Source: Takakia lepidozioides (taxonomy: Eukaryota; Plantae; Bryophyta). From it: a DNA stretch of 64,000 bases. The position numbers were made by a program, and so were the translations under genes. Below, in pieces: positions 50,143 through 59,890 of this stretch (position 1 is its first letter; each line of letters starts with the position of its first letter). The stretch lies in assembly GCA_030704615.1 (NCBI GenBank), contig CM060734.1, positions 32,674,001 to 32,738,000 of the forward strand. Reading direction: 5' to 3'. The notes below the pieces were generated by a model that made no database searches, had not been told where the DNA came from, and saw only the letters and a list, made by a program, of their open reading frames with translations.

Positions 50143-53100
50143 CAACCACGGGACGCGTCCTCTACCTCTAAGCCCACTGGACTTAAGGTTGCAGTTACGG
50201 AGGACAATTGGGAGCCTGATATTGGACCCATTGTCACCGGAGGAGAGAGACGACGTATACGGCGGTTCCTGAGGGCTTACAGGAATTGCTTTGCCTTCAG
50301 TTTGAAGGACTTGGGAGCACTGAAGGGTCAAGAGATCCGTATTGAGTTGGCCACTGACACGCCAATCTTTCGGAGACCCTATAGATACAGTGACATGGAG
50401 AGGTCTTTGATTCAGATGAGGACTCAAGATCTCTGGGAGGCAGGTTTGGTGGAGCTCTCTGGTGGAGAGTATGCTTCAGCCACAGTGATGCCAGCTAAGA
50501 AGGATGTCTATGGCAATTGGACGGAGAGACGTATGTGCGGTGATTACCGGCCTGTAAATCGTCAGACCAAGTCCGATAGGTATGCCATGCCAACACCAGA
50601 GGAGATCTTTGATGCCATTGGGCATTCCAAGGTCTTTAGCACGTTGGATTTACGATCCGGATATCACCAGTTGCCGATCAAGGAGGCGGATAAGCAAAAG
50701 ACGGCATTCTGGGGGATCAATGAGCACGGGAAGGATTGCCTATACCAGTGGCGGTTCTTACCATTTGGGCTTAAAAACGCTCCCGCTGAGTTTCAAAGAG
50801 TCATGGACAGGATTCTAGCAGGGGTGGAGTTTGCTCGGTGCTACATAGATGACATCATCATCTTTAGTGCTACGGTGGAGGAGCATGAGAGACACCTTCA
50901 GGGGGTATTTGAGCGCTTGAGGACGCACGGATTGAAGTTACATCCGGGCAAGTGCAAGTTTTTCCACAACCAGATTGAGTATCTGGGTCACATGATATAT
51001 CCTGGAGGATTGGGGGTACAACAGACTAAGGTAGAGTCCATTGCACAGGTTCCACGCCCCACGGATGTGAGCCGAGTTCGAGCTTTCATGGGGTTAGCAA
51101 ACTATTACAGACGGTTTGTTAAGGGATTTAGTGCCATTGCAAAGGCTCTAACCAAGCTGACCAAGGTGGACCAGGAGTGGCAGTGGGAAGATGAGCAAGA
51201 ACAAGCTTTTCAAGAGCTCAAGGCGAGGTTGACCTCGGCGCCCATCTTGAGACGACCTATCAGGGGGCGTCCTTTTCAGCTGCATACAGATTGGAGCATG
51301 CTGGGGCTTGGAGCGGTGCTCACACAGGTGGATGATGAGGGAAGAGAGTTCGTAGTGGCTTATGCTAGCCGCTCGAACAATGCTGCAGAGTCTAAGTATA
51401 GCTCATATGAGGGAGAATGCTTAGCTGCAGTGTGGGCCGTGGCACACTTCAGGTGCTATCTATACGGCAATCTCTTCACCCTTGTCACGGATCACCAACC
51501 ACTCAAGTGGTTGATGGAGTCAGACAAGCTTACGGGGAAGCTTGCACGGTGGGCACTCATCCTTCAAGAGTATGACTTTCAGGTGGTGCATCGACCGGGT
51601 TTGGTCAATCGAAATGCAGATGGGTTGAGTCGCAATCCATGCACGAGCCAGCAGGATGACACTGGAGCTCGGTGGCATGGTGAGACGGACGAGGAGATGG
51701 TGCCCGGATGGCATGCATCTGCATTTCTGTGTATCTTGGCAGCGGAAGGCCAGGTTGGACCTACAACAGGGATGACTGTAGATCAAGTGTCTGAGGACCC
51801 TGAGGCCAGCAATGAGCAGGGTGGCGCCAAAGATATACATGAGGATTCAGTTGTGTTGGACTACCTCCGCAGTGGAGACACGGCAGCCACTATGACTGCC
51901 AAGGAGAGGGATCGGATCCTACAACGAGCCAAGAGGTTCAGGTGGGAGGGGACACACCTGCTCCGAGTGTGGGAGGATGGTCGAGTGAGGATTGTGCCTC
52001 ACCCAACACAGCGGGCACGGTTAGTGCGGCATGCCCATGAGGAGTTGGGGCATTTTGGGGTGCGACGCACTCATAGTCTACTGCAGGGGCAGTATTGGTG
52101 GCGTGGTATGCACACAGAGGTGCAACAATTTGTGGCTAGGTGCATGGTGTGTGACAGGGTGCGTGCTTCATTCAACGCCCCTACTCCACAATTGCACCCT
52201 CTTCCGATCATGGGATTGGGCTACAGGTGGAGTCTTGACTTCGCAGGGCCGTTGCCACTGACCATGCGCCACAACAAGTACGTGTTGGTGATGGTGGAGC
52301 ACTTCTCCAAGTGGATTGAATTGGTTCCATTGCCTGATAAGGCTAGTGAGGGAGCTGCGTATGCATTCCTGGATTGTGTGCTTAGCCGATTCGGTGCTCC
52401 AGCTGAGGTACTCACGGACCAAGGGAGAGAGTTCTTGGGGGAGTTTCAGGCTTTGTGTGACAAGGCCTTGATAGACCACCGCACCACTTCTCGGGATCAT
52501 CCTGAAGCCGATGGCTTGGCAGAGAGAGTTGTTCAGACAGTAAAGAGGGGTTTGCGCAAGTATGGCTTGCAGAAGGGACACCTAGGAGATTGGGACCTTC
52601 AGTTACCCTGGTTAGCCATGGGCTACAGGTTCAGCAAGCAAGCATCACTTGCCTCCTCCTCACCATACTTTCTTCTCTTTGGCCGAGAGCCGGATTTGCC
52701 TACATCCATTCGCAGAGAAGCTGCTACAGTTCTTAACCTTGACGATCCGGACGTGTGGGCACGTGCATGTGAGCAGCGTGCAGAGTTGTTCAAGAGAGTC
52801 ATGCCTATGGCTTTCGAGAACCTTGCCATTGCACAACACCGTGATACGTTGAGGTATGCTACCATACGTGGTGGGGGCTATCGTCCTGGGGTTCGGAGAT
52901 TCAACCCTGGTGACTATGTCTATCTGCAGCAGACTGCTCCTACGACCCTGGATGTGACTGCAGGACGTGTTATTTTGAGGGTTCGAGAGGTCTTGCCCTC
53001 AGGCGTCTTGGTCTTGGAGGGTCGGGATGGCATCACTTGGAAGGACCATGTGCGTAATTGTGCGCCATGTCACCTTCCGAATGTCGATGGCAGGATTGAC

Positions 53101-53277
53101 CCAAACCTGGCAGTGGTATCTGCAGGTTTGAGGTGCATGTTGTGTGGGTCTGCTAAAGGGGCAGCCACCATGCTGGTATGTGATCGGTGCTCTAGAGGTT
53201 GGCATATGGGATGCTTGACTCCACCTCTTGAGATGGTTCCGGATGGGGATTGGTTATGTCCACATTGCATTGGATAG
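50143..53277 (+). CDS. pol: Open RT-RNase H-integrase-PHD polyprotein frame
   Basis: Open from the UAG to 53277. Motifs: RRMCGDYR, LPFGLKNAP, YIDD, HTDWS, HHCC (HEELGH..CMVC), D-D-E (SLDFAG, TDQGREF, GLAERV) and a C-terminal C4HC3 PHD at 53134-53268. Confidence 0.96.
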   Translation, partial: QPRDASSTSKPTGLKVAVTEDNWEPDIGPIVTGGERRRIRRFLRAYRNCFAFSLKDLGALKGQEIRIELATDTPIFRRPYRYSDMERSLIQMRTQDLWEAGLVELSGGEYASATVMPAKKDVYGNWTERRMCGDYRPVNRQTKSDRYAMPTPEEIFDAIGHSKVFSTLDLRSGYHQLPIKEADKQKTAFWGINEHGKDCLYQWRFLPFGLKNAPAEFQRVMDRILAGVEFARCYIDDIIIFSATVEEHERHLQGVFERLRTHGLKLHPGKCKFFHNQIEYLGHMIYPGGLGVQQTKVESIAQVPRPTDVSRVRAFMGLANYYRRFVKGFSAIAKALTKLTKVDQEWQWEDEQEQAFQELKARLTSAPILRRPIRGRPFQLHTDWSMLGLGAVLTQVDDEGREFVVAYASRSNNAAESKYSSYEGECLAAVWAVAHFRCYLYGNLFTLVTDHQPLKWLMESDKLTGKLARWALILQEYDFQVVHRPGLVNRNADGLSRNPCTSQQDDTGARWHGETDEEMVPGWHASAFLCILAAEGQVGPTTGMTVDQVSEDPEASNEQGGAKDIHEDSVVLDYLRSGDTAATMTAKERDRILQRAKRFRWEGTHLLRVWEDGRVRIVPHPTQRARLVRHAHEELGHFGVRRTHSLLQGQYWWRGMHTEVQQFVARCMVCDRVRASFNAPTPQLHPLPIMGLGYRWSLDFAGPLPLTMRHNKYVLVMVEHFSKWIELVPLPDKASEGAAYAFLDCVLSRFGAPAEVLTDQGREFLGEFQALCDKALIDHRTTSRDHPEADGLAERVVQTVKRGLRKYGLQKGHLGDWDLQLPWLAMGYRFSKQASLASSSPYFLLFGREPDLPTSIRREAATVLNLDDPDVWARACEQRAELFKRVMPMAFENLAIAQHRDTLRYATIRGGGYRPGVRRFNPGDYVYLQQTAPTTLDVTAGRVILRVREVLPSGVLVLEGRDGITWKDHVRNCAPCHLPNVDGRIDPNLAVVSAGLRCMLCGSAKGAATMLVCDRCSRGWHMGCLTPPLEMVPDGDWLCPHCIG

Positions 53278-53524
53278 TGGGAGTGGATACAACCATGGGA
53301 GGCTAACAAGAAATGCAAGGCCCAGCTACTAGGAGACCTTGAACACACGAGATCTTGGCTCAAGTTCATAGATTGCAAGACGGCGACTAACGATGGGGCT
53401 ACTCTTGTACCCGGCCTCTTGGTTGATAGAGTTTGAGCTCGATAAAACAGTGATAGAGGACTTAGTACGGCTGTGGCTATTACATCTTGTAGCTATCTGG
53501 AGGTAGGGGACCTATCCACCAGCT

Positions 53525-54060
53525 AGGGGGGCGATTGTGCTAGACTACTTTATTGTGCATATATGTGTGGTGTGGTTTGGACAGCGATGTAGTTGTGTAG
53601 CGATATGTATGCGCACGACAGCTGTCAAGTTAAATAAGCACAGTGTGAAAACAGCTAGAATAAAACTAGTTATTTGTATTTAACACTTGGATTTAGGTCA
53701 AGTGTTAAATCAGGTGTCAAGTTTAGTTTGACACCTGGTCTGTCTTATCTTCACGAGAGCGGCAGTCGCGCGGCTCATCTCTCTCGAGTTGAGCCTGCGC
53801 GACCGAGCTCCTTCCTGCGTTTAGAAGCTGTGTGTGTTTATGATGGGAGTGTAGGTTGTTGTGGGGTGGAGTCCCCATAGCTTGGGGTGCCCCTGGCTCG
53901 ACTTCTATTTCAAAGAGTGATGATTTTGGTTTCCATGTTTTGTGTCAACAGTGTGTTAAAGAGTCTTTCTATCATTGTGCTAGACTACTTTATTGTGCAT
54001 ATATGTGTGGTGTGGTTTGGACAGCGATGTAGTTGTGTAGCGATATGTATGCGCACGACA
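53525..54060 (+). repeat. PPT followed by the B1-GC-A2-T-B2 terminal block of element B copy 2
   Basis: AGGGGGGCGA at 53525-53534, B1 at 53536-53620, GC at 53621-53622, A2 at 53623-53974 and B2 at 53976-54060 (85 bp, matching B1). Confidence 0.95.
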
Positions 54061-55273
54061 ACTGGTTCGCATTTTGGCACTTCCGTTACCGACAGCGGGG
54101 AGCGGCCATGACAACGGTGAGTGGTTTGCATTCACCTTCGTTTGGGTGCTTCGGATATATCTTTCAGGGTCCAATCCTAATATCGGCTTTGTGTTTTTTG
54201 CCTTGCAGCATATGTCCATTGAGGAGATGTCGGACATGCCTTCCTGCAATCTAGCGGAGACAGTGCACAATGCGTGGTTGCAGCAATCCCACTTCTCGAC
54301 ACCACGTGTTCCCCTGGATCAGAGATGGAATTGCGGAACATCCACAGGTGAGGGCTATTCTGCCCCAGACCGGACCCCTGCATCAAACACTGTCACTGCA
54401 ATGGTTGAAGACCAAAACGTGGTGCCGCATATAATCGAGTCCATGGGCTTGGACGAGGTTTGGCATATAGAACGCACAAGTGCTGGATCGCGTGTGAAAT
54501 GCACGGCGATCAGGGCCAGCAATCATGAAAAATGTACATCATTAATATCCAGAGGGAAAGAACGCACTGCAGCTCCTATATTCACGGGTTTGTTTCTCCC
54601 TTACGGACAATGCGAGGCAAAGAACCACAAGTTTTGGTTTTGCGCTGACGATTGTGGGAGATGTGTGCATGGGACAGGGAGGCCTTCCGTGGTGAGGAAG
54701 CCTATTCCACCAACCGTGTGGCCTGTGAAGATGGGCACAGGTTTCACTCACCGAGAGATCGCAATGCTGGAAGAGGCGGGTTTCTCCCTAGCCAGATATT
54801 CCATTGCACGTGAAGGTGCTTCAAGTACAAGCGGTTCACGGGTACCTCCGCCTGACGCTCACTTGTGGCCAACCAGACGGAATGGGAAGCTGGTTCGACG
54901 ATTCCCTCCAACCGCAGAACACTACGACAAAATTGAGTCCGCCAGAATGCTTGACGCTCGTGTTGCGGGTACAATGGAAGTGCCTGATCCAGGGTATGGT
55001 CGGGTGTTCACCATGATCTCATCCGCATCTACGCTGCAGGACAGGACGTACGACATCACTGTTTCCAATTTTCCCAATTGTACATGTCCTGATTTTGTTG
55101 GTATGCTTTCAAGTAGTTTGGGAAAGAGAGGGAAGTTCATACCGTGCAAACACCTTTACTTCGTCTTCTTGAGAAGGATGGTTTGTGATCCAAAGCACGA
55201 CTTCTTCATTCACCAAGCCACTATGAGTTTCAACGAAGTCAACACACTTCTACAGCGGGATACAAGCCCATAA
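54061..55273 (+). pseudogene. MULE-like transposase C-terminal part with SWIM zinc finger
   Basis: WFAFWHFRY, CNLAETVHNAW (candidate catalytic Glu) and SWIM CTCPDF...PCKH. Confidence 0.75.
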
Positions 55274-55455
55274 AAATCTGAGTTTTCCTTGACCTAAACT
55301 TGTAATGGAATGACTGTTCAAGTCCAGTGTCTCTCAATGTATGTCGTCTAACATCTTGGCTATGCGTGGGTGAATGCATTTGTCGCATTGGTTTGTCATT
55401 CTTTTTTCATTAGCAAACACAAGAAACTACCTTCAGTTAGACAGAGTATCAAATC

Positions 55456-55770
55456 AACCTCGTGTCAACACGAGGTTTACTTGAAGTTCTCCAAATCCCC
55501 CTTGTGATGACACAAGGTTGATTTTAGTTCTAAGAAAACAACATCGTGTCAACACGAAGCTCATTTTTGTTGCAAGAAGTAAACCTCGTGTTAACACGAG
55601 GTTTACTTGAAGTTCTCCAAATCCCCCTTGTGTCGACACAAGGTTCATTTTATTTCTAAGAAAACAACATCGTGTCAACACGAAGTTCATTTTTGTTCCA
55701 GGAATATAACCTCGTGTTAACACAACGTTCATTTCAGTTCTACGAAATGAAGCTCCTGTTAACAGAAGAT
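55456..55770. repeat. Array of palindromes (YGTGTYRACACR) with an exact 42-bp period and a 126-bp higher-order unit
   Basis: Cores start at 55461, 55503, 55545, 55587, 55629, 55671 and 55713, with a degenerate one at 55755. Confidence 0.9.
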
Positions 55771-55982
55771 TGAACTCCAGGAAAGCCCGAAACCCTTCAT
55801 CCGTTTCACCTTCATGTGGTGAAATCAGCAGTTGGGGGCTCCACGGTTATAGGCCCACCTTCTTTGTGGTGACGTGGCATGACCTGGACCAGGCTCACGC
55901 CACGTCAGCAGCGTGAGCGTAGGCTCACGCCACATCATCGCTGTGTGAGCGTACGCTCACGCGCTCACGCGGTAGCGTCGTT

Positions 55983-57760
55983 GTTTCGGAATGCTGTACT
56001 AAGGCCATTCCAGGTTAGGAAATGATTGTCAAGGAATCTTGCATACCATTCACTTGCTTTCTTGATAAGTGAACAAGGAAACAGTCTCATCTTGGCATCA
56101 TCGCCATCCTCATTGTTCACAATACACATGTGCTCAAATTGGCTAATGTGTACATCAGGATCCCCTTTCCCTGCATATATTGGAAAATGTGGTCTTGCCC
56201 TTGTTGGGGGTACCGCCATCTATGGCCCTACACCCTGCCCACTGACAGGTGCTGGTCCTCTTGTTGGTGCTGGTCCTTGAGGACCTGTTGTTGTAGTGGT
56301 GGATCTTCTACCAGGTGCTGGCCCCTGAGCACTCCCTGCTACTGGCCCTTCTATACTCATAGTATTCCCAGCTCCAGTTGCACTACTTCCCACACTCCCT
56401 GTCCCCCCAGAGCCAGATCCAAGCTTCTTGCCTGATCCCCCTGAGCCGACACCTTTGTTGGCCTGTGATTCAAGTGCTCCACTTGATCCAGGTCCAACAG
56501 GTTGGGATGTCCTGGTTGTAGTCTCAACCTCAACTGTTGGGTCTACTTCTTCATACCCCTCATCTTCCAAATTCTCTGTTTTCATCTTCCAAGTTCTTCT
56601 CTTGGATTTCTTCTTCTTCACTCATGTAACTCAATTGCAATGGTGTTGGAGAGTCCGAACTCTCCGTTGGCTCTGCCACATCTTCCTCTCCCTCTTTATC
56701 TTGTAATTCAGAAACTGGAGTTCCTGCCTTTGGTGTCCCATGCCAACATCAAAGATTTCTGTCAAATCTTTTATCTAGGGATGTACCTCAGATCTCTCCC
56801 CTTGTGGCTGATCTTCTTCCTGTACCAAATCCCTTAATTTTTCTTGTAAAGAATAAGAAGGAGTGGCATCCAACTCTGGTTCCTCCGGTATGGGTGATGT
56901 ACTCTTCGATCTTAATGATGTGAGAGGTCCAGATGATTCTCCTATGTCTATTCCCCTCTCCCAAAGATATGGATAATTAGCTTTCAAATAACTTTCTTTT
57001 TTTGCTGAATATCTGTGAAGTCTAGCTTCTCTTTCATCACTCATGTCTCATGTCTTTCATATCTTCAATGAGGCAATAACCAAAACTCTCTTCTGTAGTA
57101 TCTCTCGTATATGCTTGGGTTTCTTTCAAGCTTCAATGTACCCTTGGCTATACTAGAAGTCTCTGTTACCATAAAACCATATGGCAAGCACGTCTGAAAA
57201 GCTGTTCTTGGTGTCAGTTTGATCCACATGATATCCTTAGGAATCCAATTCTTTACCAGTACCAACTCTTCATGCATATGAGTGTAAACATTCACTTTCC
57301 GTTCCTCCCAGCCTTCAAACTCCACTCGTTTAATGGATAACAACGCTATCACATAAACCAGCATTGGCAACCAACTTGCTCTCCCTCTACAGGCCACTTG
57401 ATAAATCTTTATCATTCTTTTCTCCAAACCCCACTCAGGATCTGCATCATGTACTCTCTTAAGAATGTTTTCTTTGCAACCGTCTGGCAATTCCAAAAAT
57501 CTCTGAAAGAATTGCTTGGACAACCTTTCTTTCTCAGTTCCACAGGGAATTTGATTAACATCAAATTCCTTAATTCTCCAACCACCATGATCCCACCAGA
57601 TACCTATCACATCTGGTTGTTCTTGACCCAGTTCCCCAGTATGGTTGCCAGATTTTGAGCGGCTTTTACCCACCCATCCCTTCGCTATCCGAGGTGGAAA
57701 CTCCAAGATAGAAGAGTTGGATATCTCTAAACACTCAGCCCACTCAGAACAATCAGTCAT
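55983..57760 (-). pseudogene. Fragment of another LTR retrotransposon gag plus upstream unassigned ORFs
   Basis: FPIYAGKGDPDVHISQFE...KMRLFPCSLIKKASEWY...WNGLSTAF is a retrotransposon gag signature. A probable continuation EFWMEEE lies at ~39890-39850. ORFs 56220-57760 are unidentified. Confidence 0.65.
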
Positions 57761-58299
57761 GACCTACAGCTAGTGAATCATGGTTGTGCTTCATGTTTGT
57801 ATTTCTTCTTGCCTTCATGTTAACAAATTACCTTACTGTGTTTTCTGAAGCATCAAATTGCTTCAGTATCTATCAGGTTCCATTCACTCATTCATTCATT
57901 CCACAGCTTTACTCAAGTCTCTCTACGTAGTGTGATTGTATCGAATAAGTAACAGATTAAGATTTATTAGGTATCAGACCAAAGCCATGGTGTCTCTAAT
58001 CTGCTCTACAGTATTACTACAGCTTTGCATGTAACGAGCATCTACTGATCATCTCTCCTCCTTCACCGTGCTCTCCATCCTTGCTCTCGTTCATGCTCTC
58101 CGCCTGATCTCCTCCCGCGATCGACCAATAAGTGTTCCCTGTGAAATGTCCCCTATGATGCGTGCTCTGCCTATTTTATATACAAGCTGTTCTAACCGCC
58201 TAACTAACTAATTGTCACCTAAGAAATAAACACATTCCCTCTGCAGATGTCGTTCCCACACAGTCGTTCTCTGCCAATGATAACCGTTCCCTATGTATG

Positions 58300-58520
58300 C
58301 TGTGACGGGCTGTGACTGTGCCGAGCTGTGACTAGCTGTGTCATGCTGTGTCTGGCTGTGCGAAGCTGTGTCGAGCTGTGATAGACTGTGACTAACTGTG
58401 ATAGGCTGTGATTGACTGTGACAGACTGTGTAAAGCTGTGTCAGGCTGTGTAAGGTTGAATATGGCTGTGATAGACTATGATAGGTTGTGTAAGACTGTG
58501 ACTGAGTGTGTAAGCCTGTC
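58300..58520. repeat. 10-bp-period minisatellite CTGTG-N5
   Basis: About 20 units with a constant CTGTG and a variable pentamer. Confidence 0.85.
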
Positions 58521-59823
58521 TACCACCCCTAAAGCCTGTGCCTGTCACCCCCAAGGCCTCTGTTGGTCTAAGTCTACCATCCGTAAGTCTGCACAAAAAT
58601 TAAGGGTACCCCATAGAACCCATAAAAGTGTCTAAGTCCCAGACAGCCCTCTAACAGTCACACCCAGCTTATAGAAAGGTGTAACGGGCAATCATAGCGA
58701 AGAACGTATGGAGCAGCCTGTATCCTGCAGAAATGAGATGTATGAAGAAACACTCATTCAATAAGTGACAGTCTTCCTTCGATCGAGAGCTGCAAGCCAA
58801 ACAAGGATTGAAAGCAGACAAGCCTTTTTTGGGAGGGGTAAAAGCATGTCATGAAAGAAGGGGAGGGGAAAGGATCACTCCCCTGCGATAATTAGCCGCC
58901 ATAGATGGAGCCGCCCAAATGCTTCGGGAGTAACACTGCCTGCGTTGTGTTCATGAACGCAACAGACTTTCGTTCTACATTATGGGCATATTGCCAACCT
59001 AAGCTGGAGGAGTGCAAATGAGCTTAATATCGCTCGCTAAACAGTCAGGGGATGGCTGTTTCTGTCGGGGGAGAATTTGCTCTTAATGTGATCGCGGGGA
59101 ATCGTGCCACCAGCTAGGGAAAGAGAAAGAAACGAGAAAGGGAGTTCGTGGATGATAGAGGGAAGGCAGTGTGCCTGAGGGAAAGAGAAGAGGGAAGAGA
59201 AGAAGAAAAGGGGGGTGACGAGGAAGAGTTTTGTTAGTTCAACAGAGAATTGAAGGATTAGGGCAAAGCCATAGCGCCGACTTCACAGACTGCATGAGTT
59301 ACTGAATACTGAGCTTAGTTTCAGTACATTGTCGAGCTATTGATGGGACTTGTGCTGGATGCGCTGAGGAGAGCTTGAAAAAAAACTAAGTCCTCAAGCT
59401 CTCTCATCGCAAACTGCGAAGCCCCTTTACATCGCGCCTATATACTGGTATGAATATGAGTATCATGACCACAAATACCATGTGGTATATAGTATCAATT
59501 GGGTATCATTCCAAGTAAATAAACAATAATATATATATATATATATAATCTATTAACTAAATATAAATACGTATAAATACATAGCATATATATAATAATT
59601 TAATATAGTATTGATACCAATATAAATGAGGAAGATGGCTGGGTAGTACTGGTATTGAAATCAATAACAGTCGGGTAGGTTCTGCAATACCAGATTTATA
59701 CCCAGTATTGATACCCAGGTGAAACCCTCTATACCAGTACAACACTGGAATATACCCATCGATCTCGACATTGTTCTCATAAAGACGCTAGTAGTGCGGA
59801 GCAACGCGAGTGGGTTTCATGTT

Positions 59824-59890
59824 GTGGTGGTAGCATGATGGTAAGGTAATAATATTGCAAGCGGCGAGGTTTCGGGTTCGATTCTTGATG
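59824..59890 (+). other. tRNA-like box A / box B sequence (possible SINE head or tRNA relic)
   Basis: TAGCATGATGG and GGTTCGATTC at tRNA-like spacing, but no convincing cloverleaf. Confidence 0.35.

Larger units (their letters stand above)
42305..54060 (+). mobile_element. Gypsy-like retrotransposon with DNMT and PHD and split direct repeats (element B, copy 2)
   Basis: TGTCAAG...CACGACA termini and a 4-bp TSD ACTG (42301-42304 and 54061-54064). Removing it restores the transposase frame E-D-W-F. Confidence 0.96.
39663..59747. mobile_element. hAT-type non-autonomous element with nested insertions
   Basis: 17-bp TIR CAGTGTTGTACTGGTAT (39663-39679 and 59731-59747) with 8-bp TSD GAATATAC. ATACCAG-like subterminal repeats occur at both ends. 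Confidence 0.9.
35095..59809. mobile_element. Putative TIR element of unassigned superfamily enclosing a PPR-DYW relic and the hAT nest
   Basis: 24-bp perfect inverted repeat TCGCGTTGCTCCGCACTACTAGCG at 35095-35118 and 59786-59809, imperfect to ~45 bp. No TSD found. Confidence 0.45.

Noticed and set aside
42305-54060. Classifying element B as a DIRS/PAT/Ngaro tyrosine-recombinase element because of its split direct repeats
   Set aside because: It has an HHCC-DDE integrase, an aspartic protease, TG...CA ends and 4-bp TSDs; no recombinase motif is visible.
55456-55770. CRISPR-like array
   Set aside because: The spacers repeat with a 126-bp period, the context is a eukaryotic transposon, and no cas genes are present.
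35108-59796. CACTA element starting at CACTACTAG
   Set aside because: The inverted repeat extends 13 bp beyond CACTA, and the flanks (CCG / CGG) are not a direct 3-bp TSD.
59824-59890. Functional tRNA gene
   Set aside because: Box A/B-like motifs are present, but the acceptor and anticodon stems do not pair convincingly.
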